Assembly (NCBI GenBank): GCA_951406725.2
Contig: OX597826.1
Coordinates: 59,644,001-59,708,000, forward strand
Length of the DNA stretch: 64,000 nt
From: Octopus vulgaris
Taxonomy: Eukaryota
Direction: 5' to 3'
In this document: piece after piece, positions 1 to 14,029 of the stretch
How the letters are laid out: each line of letters begins with the position of its first letter
How positions within the stretch are numbered: the stretch's first letter is position 1
Translations under genes and position numbers: made by a program
The notes under the pieces: generated by a model
Seen by the model: the letters and a program-made list of their open reading frames with translations, nothing else
Told to the model about the DNA's origin: nothing
Database searches by the model: none

Positions 1-41
<41 letters not shown>

Positions 42-285
42 GTATGTATTGAAAGAAGGGGCGATATTTCCAGGAAGAACGCTGGAGAGTGAGAGCGAGT
101 CAGACAATGAGAGGAGAAGGAAGATCTGATGACACCCTGATGAAAGACAGTTTAGAAATGGTTAAATCAATGTTGATATTGGCGGTGCTGTCATGGGTAC
201 GTGCGTAGCTTTTTGTATGCATATATGTACGCATAAATATATGCGTGTAGGTCTCTCACTTTCTCTCCAATTTTAATATCTGTCA

Positions 286-317
<32 letters not shown>

Positions 318-372
318 GTGCGTGTGTGTATGTGTGTGTGTGTGTATGTGTGACTACGGAGAAAATATATAC

Positions 373-405
<33 letters not shown>

Positions 406-832
406 CATGTTCTGCATATATATGCAGATTTATCTATCAATCTATCATTCTATCTCTTTAGCTCTCTCTTTCTCAATATACACACAGGGTTGCGCGCGCA
501 GCAAGAGAAAGAGAGAGAGCGAGAGAGGGAGAGAGGAAGAGATGGAGAGAGGGAGAGAGGGAGAGAGGGAGAGAGAGAGTTGGAGACAAACACACACACA
601 TAGATATATATGTATATATATATATGTATAGCAAGAAGGATTGGAAGAACAGAAATCGTGGTTGGATAGTGGAAGAGGGGGGTGTTGCGTTCATTGATAT
701 AATCTGTTGTATAGGTTAGGTTACGACGCTGTGTGAATTCATTGAGGCAAATATGAAAGCGTTTCACATCTAACCAAACATTAAACGACAATGGTCTCTT
801 GAAAGGAAAACGAGATTTTGACATTTATGCCA

Positions 833-867
833 CCACTACTAACTACTACTACTACTACTAACTACTT

Positions 868-937
<70 letters not shown>

Positions 938-1066
938 TACTACTACAACTACTACTACTACTACTACTACTACAAATAATAATAATAATGATGATGATAA
1001 TAATAATAATAATAATAATTATAATTTTAATAATAATAATAATAATAATAGTAATAATAATAATAA

Positions 1067-1097
<31 letters not shown>

Positions 1098-1104
1098 AAG
1101 AAGA
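833..1104. repeat. Compound microsatellite (CTA)n-(AAT)n-(AAG)n
   Basis: Directly visible consecutive trinucleotide tracts. Confidence 0.95.
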
Positions 1105-1326
1105 ATAGTTATATAATTTTCGTTTCTCCTCAAGATTGCAAGTCTTGCTGGATCTCTGTGTCTCACTTCAGTATTGTACTAGGTTTTAAAATATACATAT
1201 ATCAATTTTCTATTTCGCTTCGCCCTATGAAGGCAGTGCGTACTAATGGAATCGTAAGTAGTTGTTTAATGGCTGGGTAAAATCATTTTTTGCATATGAT
1301 AAAGATTGTAGTAAAGTTTTATTCGT

Positions 1327-1482
1327 TTCTACTCTAGGCACAAGGCCCGAAATTTTTTGGGGGGGAAAGGACCAGTCGATTACGACGATCCCATCGATCC
1401 CGAAAGGATGAAAGGCAAAATCGTCCTCGGTGAAACACCGCGAAGCATTTTGCCCGGCGTGCTGTTTCTGCCCGCTCGTCAC
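1327..1482 (-). mobile_element. SINE family B (tRNA-like head plus GCCTTTCATCCTTTCGGGGTCGAT core), internally deleted copy
   Basis: Contains tctactctaggcacaaggcccgaaattt and cccgaaaggatgaaaggcaaa, shared with the copies at 21742 and 47472. Confidence 0.8.
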
Positions 1483-1621
1483 CTTGATGAAATACTGATA
1501 TTGATAGTAATGGTGCTTTGGTAGTAATAGTGATTGTAAAAATGGTTGTTGGTATAATGACAGTGGGAGTAGTTGTGGCTAGAATGATGATGATAATAAT
1601 AATAATTATAATAATAATAAT

Positions 1622-1674
<53 letters not shown>

Positions 1675-1909
1675 GTAGGTGCATTAAGCATGATAAAAAA
1701 ATATTCAGACAAATACATAACAAAAACACCAGGACTTACAAACACATAAAACATACAGAAAATTGCACTACTAGGCACTGCACACAACCTACGCAGAACA
1801 CTTTCCATACAATAACCATCAGAGCATCACAATAAATCACAGGACATACCCAATGCACAAAGAGCTGCGCTCGGTAGTGAAGTGAAAGCACGCTATGAAA
1901 ATAAAATTA

Positions 1910-1986
<77 letters not shown>

Positions 1987-2129
1987 TGATGATAATAATA
2001 ATAACGGTAACAAGAGTAATGATAATTGTAGGGTGGGTCTGAGAAGAGGGATGTTATTGAAAAACTTATAAAACCATTAATTTTATTGACATCAATGAGT
2101 TCGTATTGAATTAGCGTTTGCCAAAATCA

Positions 2130-2549
2130 AATGTGTAAAACAACTTTCATCATGTGGTGTCCGTTTTCAATGATGCATTTCTGAAAGCTTGTCTGACACG
2201 TTCCATATTTATTCTGGCTTCCGTACCTTTCACGACGCCCCGACCGGCCTCGACTACGAAGTACATTCACCCAACCATTAGTATGGTTGGGAACAGCCTG
2301 ATTTCGGTGAATGTTGAAGTTGCAACAAAACTCAAGATGAATGGCTGTGACAGACTCATTATTCTTCACATAACTCTCGTAGACAAACAGGCAATGTTTT
2401 ATCGTCCACAGCGCCATGGCTTCACGAGTAAAGGCAAAAAATATGCCAAAACACCATGGACGGAATGGTGCCGTTGGACATACGTCCCTTTCCCTGTGGC
2501 TGAGTAATAGCCATTTCGAAAACGTCCATCCTCGTTGTTCCACACTGTA
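2130..2549 (-). mobile_element. Tc1/mariner-type transposase N-terminal remnant (DUF4817-like HTH)
   Basis: Minus-strand MALWTIKHCLFVYESYVKNNESVTAIHLEFCCNFNIHRNQAVP resembles the W-x5-F-x2-E-x3-KN-x-ES-V...F-x3-FN pattern of DUF4817 transposases. The element end reads TACAGTGTG on the minus strand at about 2549. Confidence 0.65.
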
Positions 2550-2799
2550 TTTATAAAAAAAAATGTTTTGGTAAATGTGTTAGACCAAGCAGTGATGGAA
2601 AGAAATGTTAAGGTGAAAAGCCTCAGTTATACATATTGTACTTCTTTTATTGCGTTAGTTTGGAGGGAATGTCAAACCAGGTTCTAGTGTTGGTGAGGTT
2701 ATGCTGTGCTTAGGATTGAAATAAACATACTAATGGTTGGGTCAAGGTAATTAAACCGCTAAACCGTCAAAACCACGAAGTGTGATTGGCGAGGAGGTT

Positions 2800-5420
2800 G
2801 ACAGTTGGACCCCCGGCAGGAAGAAAACAGGATCCTTCAAAGGATGCAGGAACGCATGGGAGTCAACAGCCATCAAGCAATGGATATGAGGGTAGGTATA
2901 AATGAACTCTCTGAGCCTTGGTTGATAGTCTCGTGATAAAAATACTAATGATTGCACAAGCTTATAAATGCTACCTCAAAATGAGTGGTGTTAACTTCAA
3001 GTAATAATAACTGCATCAACGGGATCGAAACTGCTAACAGGGAAGGTATCGTGCACGGTAGACAAGGTGTGTCTAATCAGGCTCCAGTAGGTCGTGATCA
3101 AGCCATTGAGGACCAGAATCGAAGTCGAAAGTGCAGAGGAAGGAAAATGAAATGGGAAGAAAGAGGTCCTCAAGTTTGTGATTGAATGTTGGTTGAGAAG
3201 TGAGTCGAATAAAAGAAGTTTCATGAAACGAATGAAGAGAATATGGGATGAAAAGGGAATTTTTAAGCTTCAGCTCAACGATTTATAGATCAGAAAAGGA
3301 CACATTGTATAAATGATTGGATCAGAGGATTATATGTTGAAGAAATTCAAACAAGAATTTTAAAAAAAAGGATTAGGAAGAGTATGAAACAACAGGAGCA
3401 GAAAGTCGTAATGAAGGGGTAAGAAATGACGAAAACGAAAAACAAGGAAATCCCTGTATGTTTCACAATACGATAGAATAAATCGGGAAGATGATCTAGT
3501 TGGACAAGGGAAAGGAAATGTTGCATAAGACTTGAGAGATGAAGAAAAGATTCTAAAAATGCTGCGAGCTAAAATGTGTGGTGTGAACAATGAAGTGCCA
3601 CCCAATGTAAGATGTATGGAGAGAGTAAAAGTAAGGAGCGCCACAGGCAAATTAAATGGCGTTTTGAGCTTGGTTAAAACAGGGGAGCATTAGAGAAACA
3701 AACTAGCTAATCATATCTGCTGTTATTGTTATAGCTGATATAATAGGATGCGAGCAGAAGATGGTTGAAGAAAAAGAAGGGAAAGGAAATGAAAGAACTT
3801 AACTTGAGGAAAAGAAAACGTGTGAAGTTGGAAAAGAGACACGGGAAGATCAGGGGCAATTGAATAGGATAATAGGAGAACTTAAGAATGAGATATTAAT
3901 AAGAAAATTGAATGAGCAGTACTGGTTAGAAGGAAGGAGAAACCAAATTGTATATGAAAGATTGTCACAAAGAGTGATAGCGTCAAAGGCTAAATTGAAA
4001 AGATATGATGCTAGATGCAAAGGTTTTGAACTGAATACACTGTTTCAGTCAAATAGGAGACGTCTTTTTGAGGAAATAGAGGAGGAACACCATCAGATTG
4101 TTATTCCTGATGCGGAAGGAAGTAATGTACTTTGGAACAGGCCAGTGAGACATAAATAAAGTGCATGGTAGCCAACACAAGTGGAAAGACATGTTGCAAC
4201 GGTGCCAAGACAAAGGGACGTCAGAATTAATCTGTATTCCGTGGGACTGAAGTTTGAAATATAACAAATTGGAAAGGACTTGGCCCGAATAGAGTTCAAG
4301 ACTATTGGCTGGAAACTGTTACATAGTTGCAATGAAAGGTCGCTACAAACCTGACTGAATGCCTGTAGCAGGGAGTCGTCCCTACTTCGATGACAATTGA
4401 ATGATCGTTACTATGCCAAAGTTACCCCTTAAAAGGTAAATTGGTATCAAACTTCCGACCTATAACATGTTTGTCGCTTATGTGGCAACTTATGACTGGT
4501 GCCCTGGCGAAAAAAGTTATGCAATCATCTGGGGAAAAAAAGGTTCAGCAAACAAAGTAGGGTAACAAAGAAAACAGCTTATTTGAAAAAAAAGATAATT
4601 AGAAAATGTAGCCTTAGATTTGACGGGTTTGAATGTAGCACGGCTACATTACAGAAAAGTACATTGTATGGTATCGCACAGTTGGTTAAGTAAAGCAATA
4701 AGCATGCTTGGAGTGGCACAAGATAAGCAGAAAATGGTAAATGAGAGGATGAAAAATCGGAACACTGAATCCACTTGAGGAAAGCGAACATCAGTCATGC
4801 CATATTTCAAGCATAACTCCATTACTATTTGTATTGGCTACAATACTGCCCAGGTTGATAATACATGTCAAAATAGCTTATGATTTGGTAAACGGATATA
4901 GTCTGACACATCATATCCTTTTTATGGATGATACAAATCTTTATCGGGTAAATGAGAAACGCATTGGAAGTCTTGTACATATTGTACGCATTTTCTTAGG
5001 TGATGTAGGTGTCGAGTTTCGGATTTAAAAGTGCGCAATACTGATGAAGGATTCAGGTGGATTTGAAGGAAGCCAGGGAACTGAAAAGCCAAATGGGCAA
5101 ATAGCGAAAGCAGTTGAGAAAGGATATGGAGAGATATGGATAGCGATATGAAGCTGTAAATACAAGTGGATTGGAAGAGTGCTTGAGTCGGAGCGATGGT
5201 AGATTTTATGGTTTTTCCCAATTCAAACGGGCCAGAAGCTAGAAAGTGATAAACTAGATATAGCAATAATAGACAATGATAATCAAAGTTGCTTACTAAT
5301 TGATCCATCATGTCCGTTTCATTCCAGGATTATAAAGAAAACAGAAGAATTAAAAAAACAAAATTCAATCCCTTAAAATTTAAAACTGTGAGAATTTAGA
5401 GTATGAACATTGTAAATAAC
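2800..5420 (+). mobile_element. Degenerate R4/Dong-clade non-LTR retrotransposon (RT plus restriction-like endonuclease), with many stops, frameshifts and deletions
   Basis: Motifs appear in order: LSQRVIASKAKLKRYDARCKGFELNTLFQSN (~3960), NWKGLGPNRVQDYWL (~4267), NFRPITCLSLMWQLMTG (~4450), HILFMDDTNLY (catalytic DD, ~4920), CLLIDPSCPF (RLE, ~5290). Confidence 0.85.
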
Positions 5421-5519
5421 TGGTACACTATATTATTATAAATAATGATATAGATTACAAACTATTCGCCTCTTAAGGACAGGAAAGGTTATCAGAAGCG
5501 TTTTCAGCTTTTGAAAGAT

Positions 5520-5920
5520 ACATGAAAGCTGGTGGTCAGCAATTTCGGGGTTGAGAATGAGTCATCGGCGCTATTGAGCAACTGGTACTTATTTCATTGA
5601 TCCCTTAAGGATAAAATGCGAAGTCGACTTTGGCGGGGTTTGAGGTTCATAATGTAGTAACGGAAGAAATGTTACTAAGCATTTTGTCCAGCATGCTATC
5701 AATCCTGCCAACGTCTTAATTATAGGTGCTTTTACTATAGACACATGACTTTATATTGTGTAAGGAGAGTGTTAGTCGAATAAATTGATCACAGTGGTAC
5801 TTGATTTATCGACCCTCGAAAGAGTGAAAGGCAGAGTCAACCTCGGCGGGATTTGAATTCAGAACGTAAAGACGAAATGTCGCTAAGTAATTTGCCCTGC
5901 ATGATAACTGACCTACTAGA
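5520..5920 (-). mobile_element. Two adjacent diverged SINE family B copies
   Basis: ctggtacttatttcattga...gtcgactttggcgggg and ggtacttgatttatcgacc...gtcaacctcggcgggatttgaattcagaacgtaa. Confidence 0.75.
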
Positions 5921-5943
5921 TAATCGCTCTAATAGTAGTATTA

Positions 5944-5951
5944 ATGATGAC

Positions 5952-6005
<54 letters not shown>

Positions 6006-6278
6006 GGTGGTGGTGGTGGTGGTGGTGGTGGTTTTGGTTGTGGTGTTGGTGGTGATGATGATGATGATGATGATGATGGTAGTGGTGATGGTGGTGGTGG
6101 TGGCGGGGGCGGTGATGATGACGATGATGATGGTGGTGGTGGTGATGGCGATGATGATGATGGTAGTGGTGATGGTGGTGGTGGTGCTGGAGGTGGTGAT
6201 GATGACGATGATGATGATGATGATGATGGTGGTGGTGATGGTGGTGGTGGAGGAAGAGGTGACGATGATGATGATGAT
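5944..6278. repeat. Compound (GAT)n/(GGT)n alternating microsatellite
   Basis: Directly visible. Confidence 0.95.
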
Positions 6279-6976
6279 ATGGTCTACTTCGCAAGGTGTT
6301 GCGCGCACACACACACACATGTAGTGTTTAATTAAACATTCAATTATAAATACAAATGCATATATAAATGCCTGCTAATGTGAATCTTCTCATAAATTTC
6401 ATTTGTTATATTACGATAATTTGAACATGTCATGAATCTATAAATATCATTTACCATCCGTTTCATCATTTTTGACCATTTAATACTAATTCACGTCACT
6501 AATCATATTGAGTGATTTCCTTTAGCCCACTGACTGCTATAATTATGCAAGTTAAGCTCGCTCTAAATAAGTTACATCTTACAACGGAGTCAAGTTATCA
6601 AGCAATGGTGTACTGATGAAGCGCATTGTGGTAGAAACCTGAGCCACTTGTTGCTAACACAATGCACATAATCAGCGTCTCGTATGTATAGAGAGAGGGA
6701 GGAGGAAAGAGGGAGAAAGAGGGAAAGAGAAATGGAGGGAGAGAGAAATGGAGAGACAATGAGAAGGAGAGAAGGAGAAGCTATCCGTAGCTTAAAGTGA
6801 AGCTAATTCTGAGAAATTGTGCAATGATTGTGTTTATGATCTCTTCTAATACAGTGTCGTCTTGATTTTTCTTTACCATTCCCGCTAAACGAAAAATAGA
6901 TTTCTCTTTTAGGAACTAAAATGAGGCTCTGTCTCTTTTAATTTGTTTCCCTAAGCGAATTTTCTTATATATAACA

Positions 6977-7023
6977 GAGATAGATAGACAGACAGACAAA
7001 CAGATATATATATATATATATAT

Positions 7024-7092
<69 letters not shown>

Positions 7093-7138
7093 AAGGTAGA
7101 TGGATAGATAGATGGATAGATAGATAATTTGATTGATT

Positions 7139-7170
<32 letters not shown>

Positions 7171-7211
7171 CATACATACATACATACATACATACATACA
7201 TACATACATAC

Positions 7212-7253
<42 letters not shown>
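6977..7253. repeat. (GATA)n/(CATA)n/(GA)n microsatellite cluster
   Basis: Directly visible. Confidence 0.95.
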
Positions 7254-7261
<8 letters not shown>

Positions 7262-7327
7262 GGAGACAGACAGGGAAATTGGGTAGACGTAGATTAACTC
7301 GTCTGGAAGATGCTCATTTATATAAAT

Positions 7328-7432
7328 ACTTGGCTGTGTGGTAAGAAGCTTGCTTCCCAAACATATGGTTCCGGGTTCAGTTGCACTGTGTATCACCTTG
7401 GGCAAGTGTCTTCCACTATAGCTCTGGCCCGG
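7328..7432 (+). mobile_element. SINE family A (CORE-type), 5' fragment
   Basis: tggctgtgtggtaag...ggttcag...caccttgggcaagtgtctt. Confidence 0.85.
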
Positions 7433-8329
7433 TCTACTCCTTTTGAGTGTTGTTTGCCCATCTCTTTCCCTGAACAACCTAAACATTACACGCGCTGTTT
7501 ATTTTTATTCGACATGCAGTGAGTGATATTGGCCATGCAACTGAGGAGCAAGCTTGTATATTATTCTCGCATCTTCTAGAAATATTAGGTAAATATCTAT
7601 GAAATTCTTCTATACAGTTCTATAAAAATGTAGTACACCTAATAGGATTTTCGTGGACAGAAACCCTCCTTTAATTAAAGTACTCACTAGTTACGAATGA
7701 TCAGTATGTGAACCATAATATGAGTCTTTATCATTTTGTTAATAACACAGGAAAAATTTATGATCATCAACACTTTCATTTCACATTTTGGTGATATAGA
7801 AAACTTCAGGTCTAAGTGTTTAGTGAGAAGATAGTTAATAAAAAGACTGTCATCTCTAAAATATCGCATATCGCTCTTAGTTCTAACCGTTTGTTAAATG
7901 TGAAAGACGTTTCCTTGTGTCCACACTCGATTGACTTCTCTCTGCTATATGTCAGTAAACATAAATGAGAAAGCAGAGATTTTCATTCCGCTGTTGATGC
8001 TAAATGAATTATAATTTTAAGCTCAAAGCATAACAGTACAAAATAGTTTTAGGGCCAACGGTATTCCGGCTTTCTTTAAAACGGTGAGCTCGGATTAAAA
8101 TGAGAAAGAACTTTTATATGTAGCAAATCGAACGATCATCTTCCGTTGCTTGATATTTATGTTGATACTTTTAGAGAGGAAAGCTTTTACATTATTTCAT
8201 CCGCAACCAGTGTTCTATATGACACATTAATTTGAGCACAAATGAATGGAAAATTACTTGGCCATCGATTGTATAGGAAACCAGAGGGACTCGACTGTCA
8301 GTTTGACTCATTTTTCACAGTTTGATAGT

Positions 8330-8830
8330 TGTCAACGAAAGTATATATATGACCCCGGCTGTTATTCTCAGTATTCTTAGTTCATGGAATGGTCTTGAAC
8401 GTCTTCTCCAGGGCTCAAGAAGTATAAGAGTGAGCGAACAGCACAGAAAAAGAAATCATTGTGACTGTTTTGGAAGAAGACAAGAGGATAATTCAGCTTC
8501 ATTTTCTGTAACGAATTTGTGCGGTGAATAGCGATTGGATATGTTAAGGGACTCAAAAAGCTTTTAGATGCCACCAACAGGTAGAAAGCAAACAAGAATC
8601 TGAAAACTATATACGACAACGAATGTTTGACTAGTCCTTGGTACCACACCCGTAGTATTGTCCGTGTCTTGCACCCCCGCCTCCACCTCTTTCGTGCAAT
8701 GAAATAGTCTTCGGGGACGAAAGAGATGCGAAAATGTCTTCGAAGTGGCTACATGTGCACAATTGTAGTTTGTCAAAGAGAATTCGTTTAGTTCGACAAC
8801 AGCACAAATGAGTCGTATGTGATGGTGTCT
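8330..8830 (+). mobile_element. Highly degenerate mariner transposase C-terminal remnant
   Basis: At ~8641 the frame reads VPHP*YCPCLAP, then HLFRAMK after a frameshift, resembling the mariner PHPPYSPDLAPSDYHLF motif. Confidence 0.5.
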
Positions 8831-9214
8831 CTCTTGAATAGTAAGAATTACTTTATCAGTATGTACAATTTGAATGACTTATGCTGGTTTCGGAGAAAAG
8901 ATATGTTCATTTTGCATTGCATTCGAGAGAACTCTTGTAACTTCCAATGTCTATCTAAGTGTCTACTCATATACTGGAAACTGCTTCATGTGATCAATTT
9001 AAGGCGGAGCGTTTTCAATAAAAGCAAAACCTGAATAAATGTCTACTAAATTACATTGAGTTGCTATCACTACACTGACCGAGATTGTTTATTTGGTATC
9101 ATCATCTATTTGATAACATGAAGTGTGCTACTGTTATTTTCTGGTTGCTTAGTTTGTTCAAATGTATTTTATTGCTCTTTTACTCGTTCAGGTATATATA
9201 TATATATACATATA

Positions 9215-9431
9215 AAGTTAATCCAAACAAGAAAGCACAAAAAAAACACAACAACGCAAGGACGTGGAACAAATATAGTATTATTGGACGCTCAGGAAAG
9301 AAGGAAAGAAGGAGGGTTTAATGTTTCGAGCGGAGCTCTTCGTCGGAAACATAGGAGAAGGAAAGATCCAGAGAAGGGAAGACAGAGGAAAAAAAATCGC
9401 CAACGGTACACACGAGGTCACATTTTGAAAT

Positions 9432-9432
<1 letters not shown>
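9215..9432 (-). mobile_element. Short (TA)n-embedded element, subfamily 2 (probable Penelope pseudo-LTR derivative)
   Basis: Homologous to 21418-21630 in the opposite orientation, flanked by (TA)n on both sides, and carries a hammerhead-like motif. Confidence 0.65.
9316..9350 (-). ncRNA. Minimal type-I hammerhead-ribozyme-like motif (mutated copy)
   Basis: Minus strand reads gttt-CCGACGA-a-GAGC-tcc-GCTC-GAAACATT-aaac: stem I gttt/aaac, stem II GAGC/GCTC. Confidence 0.55.
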
Positions 9433-9485
<53 letters not shown>

Positions 9486-9611
9486 GTATCTCGGTTTTCG
9501 AACAACTCTGAGCACGAATAAACCGTGCTCTATGTCCTGTCTTTCTCATATTAATTTTATAGAGTAGTACCTCGGTTTACGAATGCCTCTGACCACGAAT
9601 AAATTGTGCTT

Positions 9612-9759
<148 letters not shown>

Positions 9760-9777
9760 GTGTGTGTGTGTGTGTGC

Positions 9778-10470
9778 GGATATCCACCTTCATAGACGAT
9801 AGACATAAGCGTGCCAAGAAACTAGACATAAAATCACTAACGACAACAAAGCATAACACCACAATCCATCTCCAGACACTACTGTATATATTAACTCGCA
9901 ATCCTACAAACAATGCGGCATACAACACTATTGTGGGAAATCTTTCTTTACTAACTAGAGACCCAAAAATGAACATCCTGAAAGGACATAAATTCATCAA
10001 ATGCAAAACGCAACATAAATCGCTAAAGAGACGTCTAACAAATCGAAGATTTACACAACAACCATGAAACCAGCAGTTACAAAATGTGGACGCCCAAACT
10101 GTGGAACATGCTCCAACCTACTTGAAGGCTCGGATTTCCTTTTCAAACAAGGAGAGAGGTCCACAATTAAAAACAACTTCACTAGTGTCTCTGAGAATCT
10201 AATTCATGCAACAACGTGGTCGGGTTGTGGACATAACTATAGGACAGACGAGTATCACAGTGAGACGGAGGACAACTCTACATAAAGAGCAGATCCGGTT
10301 CCCGCAATTTAGACAGATGCATTTAAGTAAACACATAGAGAGATGTAAAGGTAACATCAAACAAAATTTCACAGTTTTCCCCTTCTACCAGTGCAAAGAT
10401 ACTATTTCTATAGAAGAACGTTTAAATAAGGAAAAAATTATTTATCGAACAATACAGAACACGTCTAAAA
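9778..10470 (+). mobile_element. Penelope-like element 3' fragment: linker, Cys-rich motif and GIY-YIG endonuclease (frameshifted)
   Basis: KCGRPNCGTC...SENLIHATTWSGCGHNY, then IGQT...HKEQIR...HLSKHIERC...FTVFPFYQ...ERLNKE. The 5' end abuts a (TA)/(TG) microsatellite. Confidence 0.9.
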
Positions 10471-11098
10471 ATGCATGCATAACCAACTGCGTTCTTTATG
10501 CATATTCTAATTTACCATTACATACCCATCACTGTACATACTTCTCCGTATTTCTCTAGCTTTTGAATTTTTGTATATAATAACCCCACCCACCAACCCA
10601 CACTCACACACACACATATATATATATGCATGTACACACACACACACACATATTTATATATAGAACAATACAGTTGCCCAAGGTGCCACACATTGGAACT
10701 GAACGAGAAATTCTATAAAACATTTGACTATTTACAAGTTCTGTACCCTCACCAAACTAAAACTACGTGATCTATATTGTCCATCCCGTAAAGAAGACGC
10801 TTTTGTGCAATTTAAGGGATATTTGGTTCCTATTTCTAGTAGTTTTAACAACATCGTAGTCGCTACTTCGTTACTTTAAAGTGTCCCTGATAACAGTGAT
10901 GATAGTGGTGAAGGGGAGTAAATGGCTGTCAGAGTCCGTTGGTATGGAATGTAAGACGGAAATTGAAGCTTAACTGGATAACACAATAAATAAATGAGAA
11001 CCATGTTTGCAAGTTTTTACATGGCTGCATATATTCATACTAACGTAGATTGATCGCACACAAACTTTAGTACGGCATACCCACTCGTGCACACCAGG

Positions 11099-11144
<46 letters not shown>

Positions 11145-11471
11145 GCATACATAAATCAGTGTGTTAGTGCGTGTGTTTTTGTGCGCATTTATTATACACA
11201 CAGTCATTTTGCGGTACACAAGAACAAATCTAATCTTAAACAAATATGCCATATCTTCTTCACGCATATAATCGCAAACATCCATATTTACACCCGCGCG
11301 CGCACATACACACACGCACACGCACACAGATGTATGTGTGTGTGTTTATATATATACATATATATATATACGTATATATGCATATATATTATATATATAT
11401 ATATGCGTATATACATACATACATATATACACACATATATACGTTAATATATTAATGTGTATATGAACATG

Positions 11472-11600
<129 letters not shown>

Positions 11601-11987
11601 TGCGAGTACGTTTGAGTGTGAAAATGTGTTTATGTATATATTTGTGTGTAAAGGAACGTGAAATTTTATAACTGAGTCTGTGTCTATGTATGTAGATGTG
11701 TGTGCTAGTGCGTGTGTGGATCTGTGTGTATGCGTGTGCATGTTTGTGTGTGTGTGTGTGTGTGTGTGCGTGTGTGTGTCTGGGTGTGTGTGTTCATGTA
11801 CATGTATATGTGCATTATACATACATTCTTGTATCATCTACGCTTCACACATATGGCTTCATTTGTCGAAACTTCTCAATTGTTAAGTTTCGTGGTTCAA
11901 CGATGGGAGGTTAAAAGTTAAACGAAATGCCGTCACTCCAAGCATACATACTGACCACATCATTTCAATTATTTCCTGTACAAAGTC

Positions 11988-12031
11988 AGGTCACCAAAAA
12001 GGTCATTTGTTGGAGGTCACAATAGAGGTCA
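11988..12031 (+). promoter_or_regulatory. Cluster of four direct AGGTCA nuclear-receptor half-sites (spacers 6, 8 and 6 bp)
   Basis: AGGTCA-ccaaaa-AGGTCA-tttgttgg-AGGTCA-caatag-AGGTCA in sequence with no other copy seen in this window. Function is unproven. Confidence 0.4.
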
Positions 12032-12199
12032 GTGCAGATTAAATACTAATGCATATGATTGCACTGTTGGACAATGTCATTTTCAGCAAATTATATTTTG
12101 ACAGCGTCACTTTCGCAGTCTTTCGTTTCACTGGAGGAGGTTTTAACAGAAAGAGACAAAATGGCGATGTAGTTGTGTTGGTTTTGTTGTACGTGCTGT

Positions 12200-12700
12200 A
12201 ATGATTGCTATAATTGTAGCCACGTGATGTGATGGTGGTGGTGGTGTTATTAGTGAATGGTTTGTTAAGACTGTTGCTACTAACGTTGTTCATATTCTTA
12301 ATGTTGCGCTTATTGCTTTTATGTTGATGGTGATTATAATTGCAAGCGTAGAGGTTGTAATGGTGATGATAGCGGTTGTCGGTCTTGAAAACGCTGATTA
12401 TTCTTGATTTTGTTGTGTTGTTGTTGTTGTTGTTGTTGTTGTTGCTGGTGGTGGTGGTGCCGGTGGGGGTGAAAGTGGTGGTAATGACGGTGATACCGTT
12501 CATGGTGATGATCGGACTGGTGGTACTAGAGGTAGCGTTAATGATTGTAGTATAGTTAATAGTACGGGTGATGGTTGGGTGGGGTAGAGTCGAAGGTGAT
12601 AGCGTTGATTACGGTATTCTTAATAGTGGTGAGGTGTTGCTGGTGATACAGGTAGCCATAATGATAGTAGCACTGTTAATAGTGCTGGTGGTGGTGGTGT

Positions 12701-12731
<31 letters not shown>

Positions 12732-13140
12732 GTTGGTAGTAGTGATAGCGAAGGTGTTGGTGTTCATAGTGATGGTGATGATGATAGTGGTGGTGGTGGC
12801 TATGGCGGTGATGGTTCTGGTGGTGATGGTTATGGCGGCGGCGGTGGTGGTGGTGGTGGTTGTCATCGTTGTTGTTGTTTTGGTGGTAGTGATAGTGACG
12901 GTGTTGATGATCGTAGTGATGGTGGTGATAATGGTGGTTATGGTGGTGGTTGTTGTTATCGTTGTTAAGGTGGTGGTGGTAATGATAGTAATGTTGTTGG
13001 TGATTGTAGCGGTAGTAGTGATGACGCTGGGGACGATGGTGGCGGCAGCGGCGGCGGCGGTGGTGGTGATGGTGGTGGTGGTGGTACTGGCAATAGTGCG
13101 GGTGATACTAATAGTGTTATTGCTGAAGGTAATATTAATG
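12200..13140. repeat. Long degenerate GTG/GTT/GAT low-complexity tract
   Basis: Trinucleotide-phase low complexity that produces a spurious 213-aa Val/Met/Ile ORF. Confidence 0.85.
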
Positions 13141-14029
13141 CCTAATTCTGGTGCTGTTCACAACGGAAGTAGACAATGTTCTCTCAAACGAAGTGTGACG
13201 ATATCCTGAAGCACATTGAATCTTCCCACCACTACACACACACACACACACACACTCCCTTTCTCTCTCTCTCTTTTTATCTCCCTGTACGTAACAACAA
13301 CTCCTTCTCTGTCACCCGCAATTCGGCTCATAATTTGCAGGTTTTTGATGAAAGCAATTTGTTACACTTAACTCCACTACCTCTTGGAATCCTAAACTCT
13401 TATTATCAACTGGTTTCTTTTCTGCTACACATCCCGGCCAAATATCCCAAACCCACAAATTTCTTCGATCGCTTTCTAAACTTCAATTCCCCTCAACACC
13501 TAAACAGAATTGTCTTCGTAACTGACGTGTCATCCACTCACTATCGCATTACAATTAACCAACAAACATGGACATACTACACGGTGACTCAAAGGCACCA
13601 CGTAATATGGTACATCAAGTCAGTCACATAGGCAGAGTTTCTTCCTTTTATGCTATTTAACTCTGCTAGAATATTTTTCAATTCTATCTCATGTAGAAAA
13701 CGTGGTAGTTGTCTGAAACTATATTTCTTGGCAGGTCCCTCCTGGTAGGAGTTCATCAAACAATACAATATCTACCAGGCCACTATACAACCCAAACCAG
13801 AAAAGGTAATTTAGGATACCGTGCAACACTGAGACTGACGTTCCAAATTGAAGACCATAGTTTTTAGTTCTTGGCAAATAGTTTCCACCAACATCTCGGA
13901 AACAGCTTTCCTTCTCTAAAAACAAAAAAAAAAAAAACCTTCACCGTCACTGTCCCCTTAGCAGCCTAATTGATACAATACGGCAAATGGCTTAATTTCT
14001 TCCTGCATTCACACATACACCCAAAATAT

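Noticed and set aside
2750-2980. HDV-like ribozyme at the 5' end of the R4/Dong element
   Set aside because: Plausible for this group of LINEs, but I could not trace the nested double pseudoknot by eye.
6614-6645. CTGATGAAG...GAAAC hammerhead-like words (similar at ~137 and ~5041)
   Set aside because: No convincing stem I, II or III pairing and no homology to the repeated family.
12568-13209. 213-aa hydrophobic ORF that looks like a membrane protein
   Set aside because: It is the translation of a degenerate GTG/GTT/GAT repeat with no domain signal.
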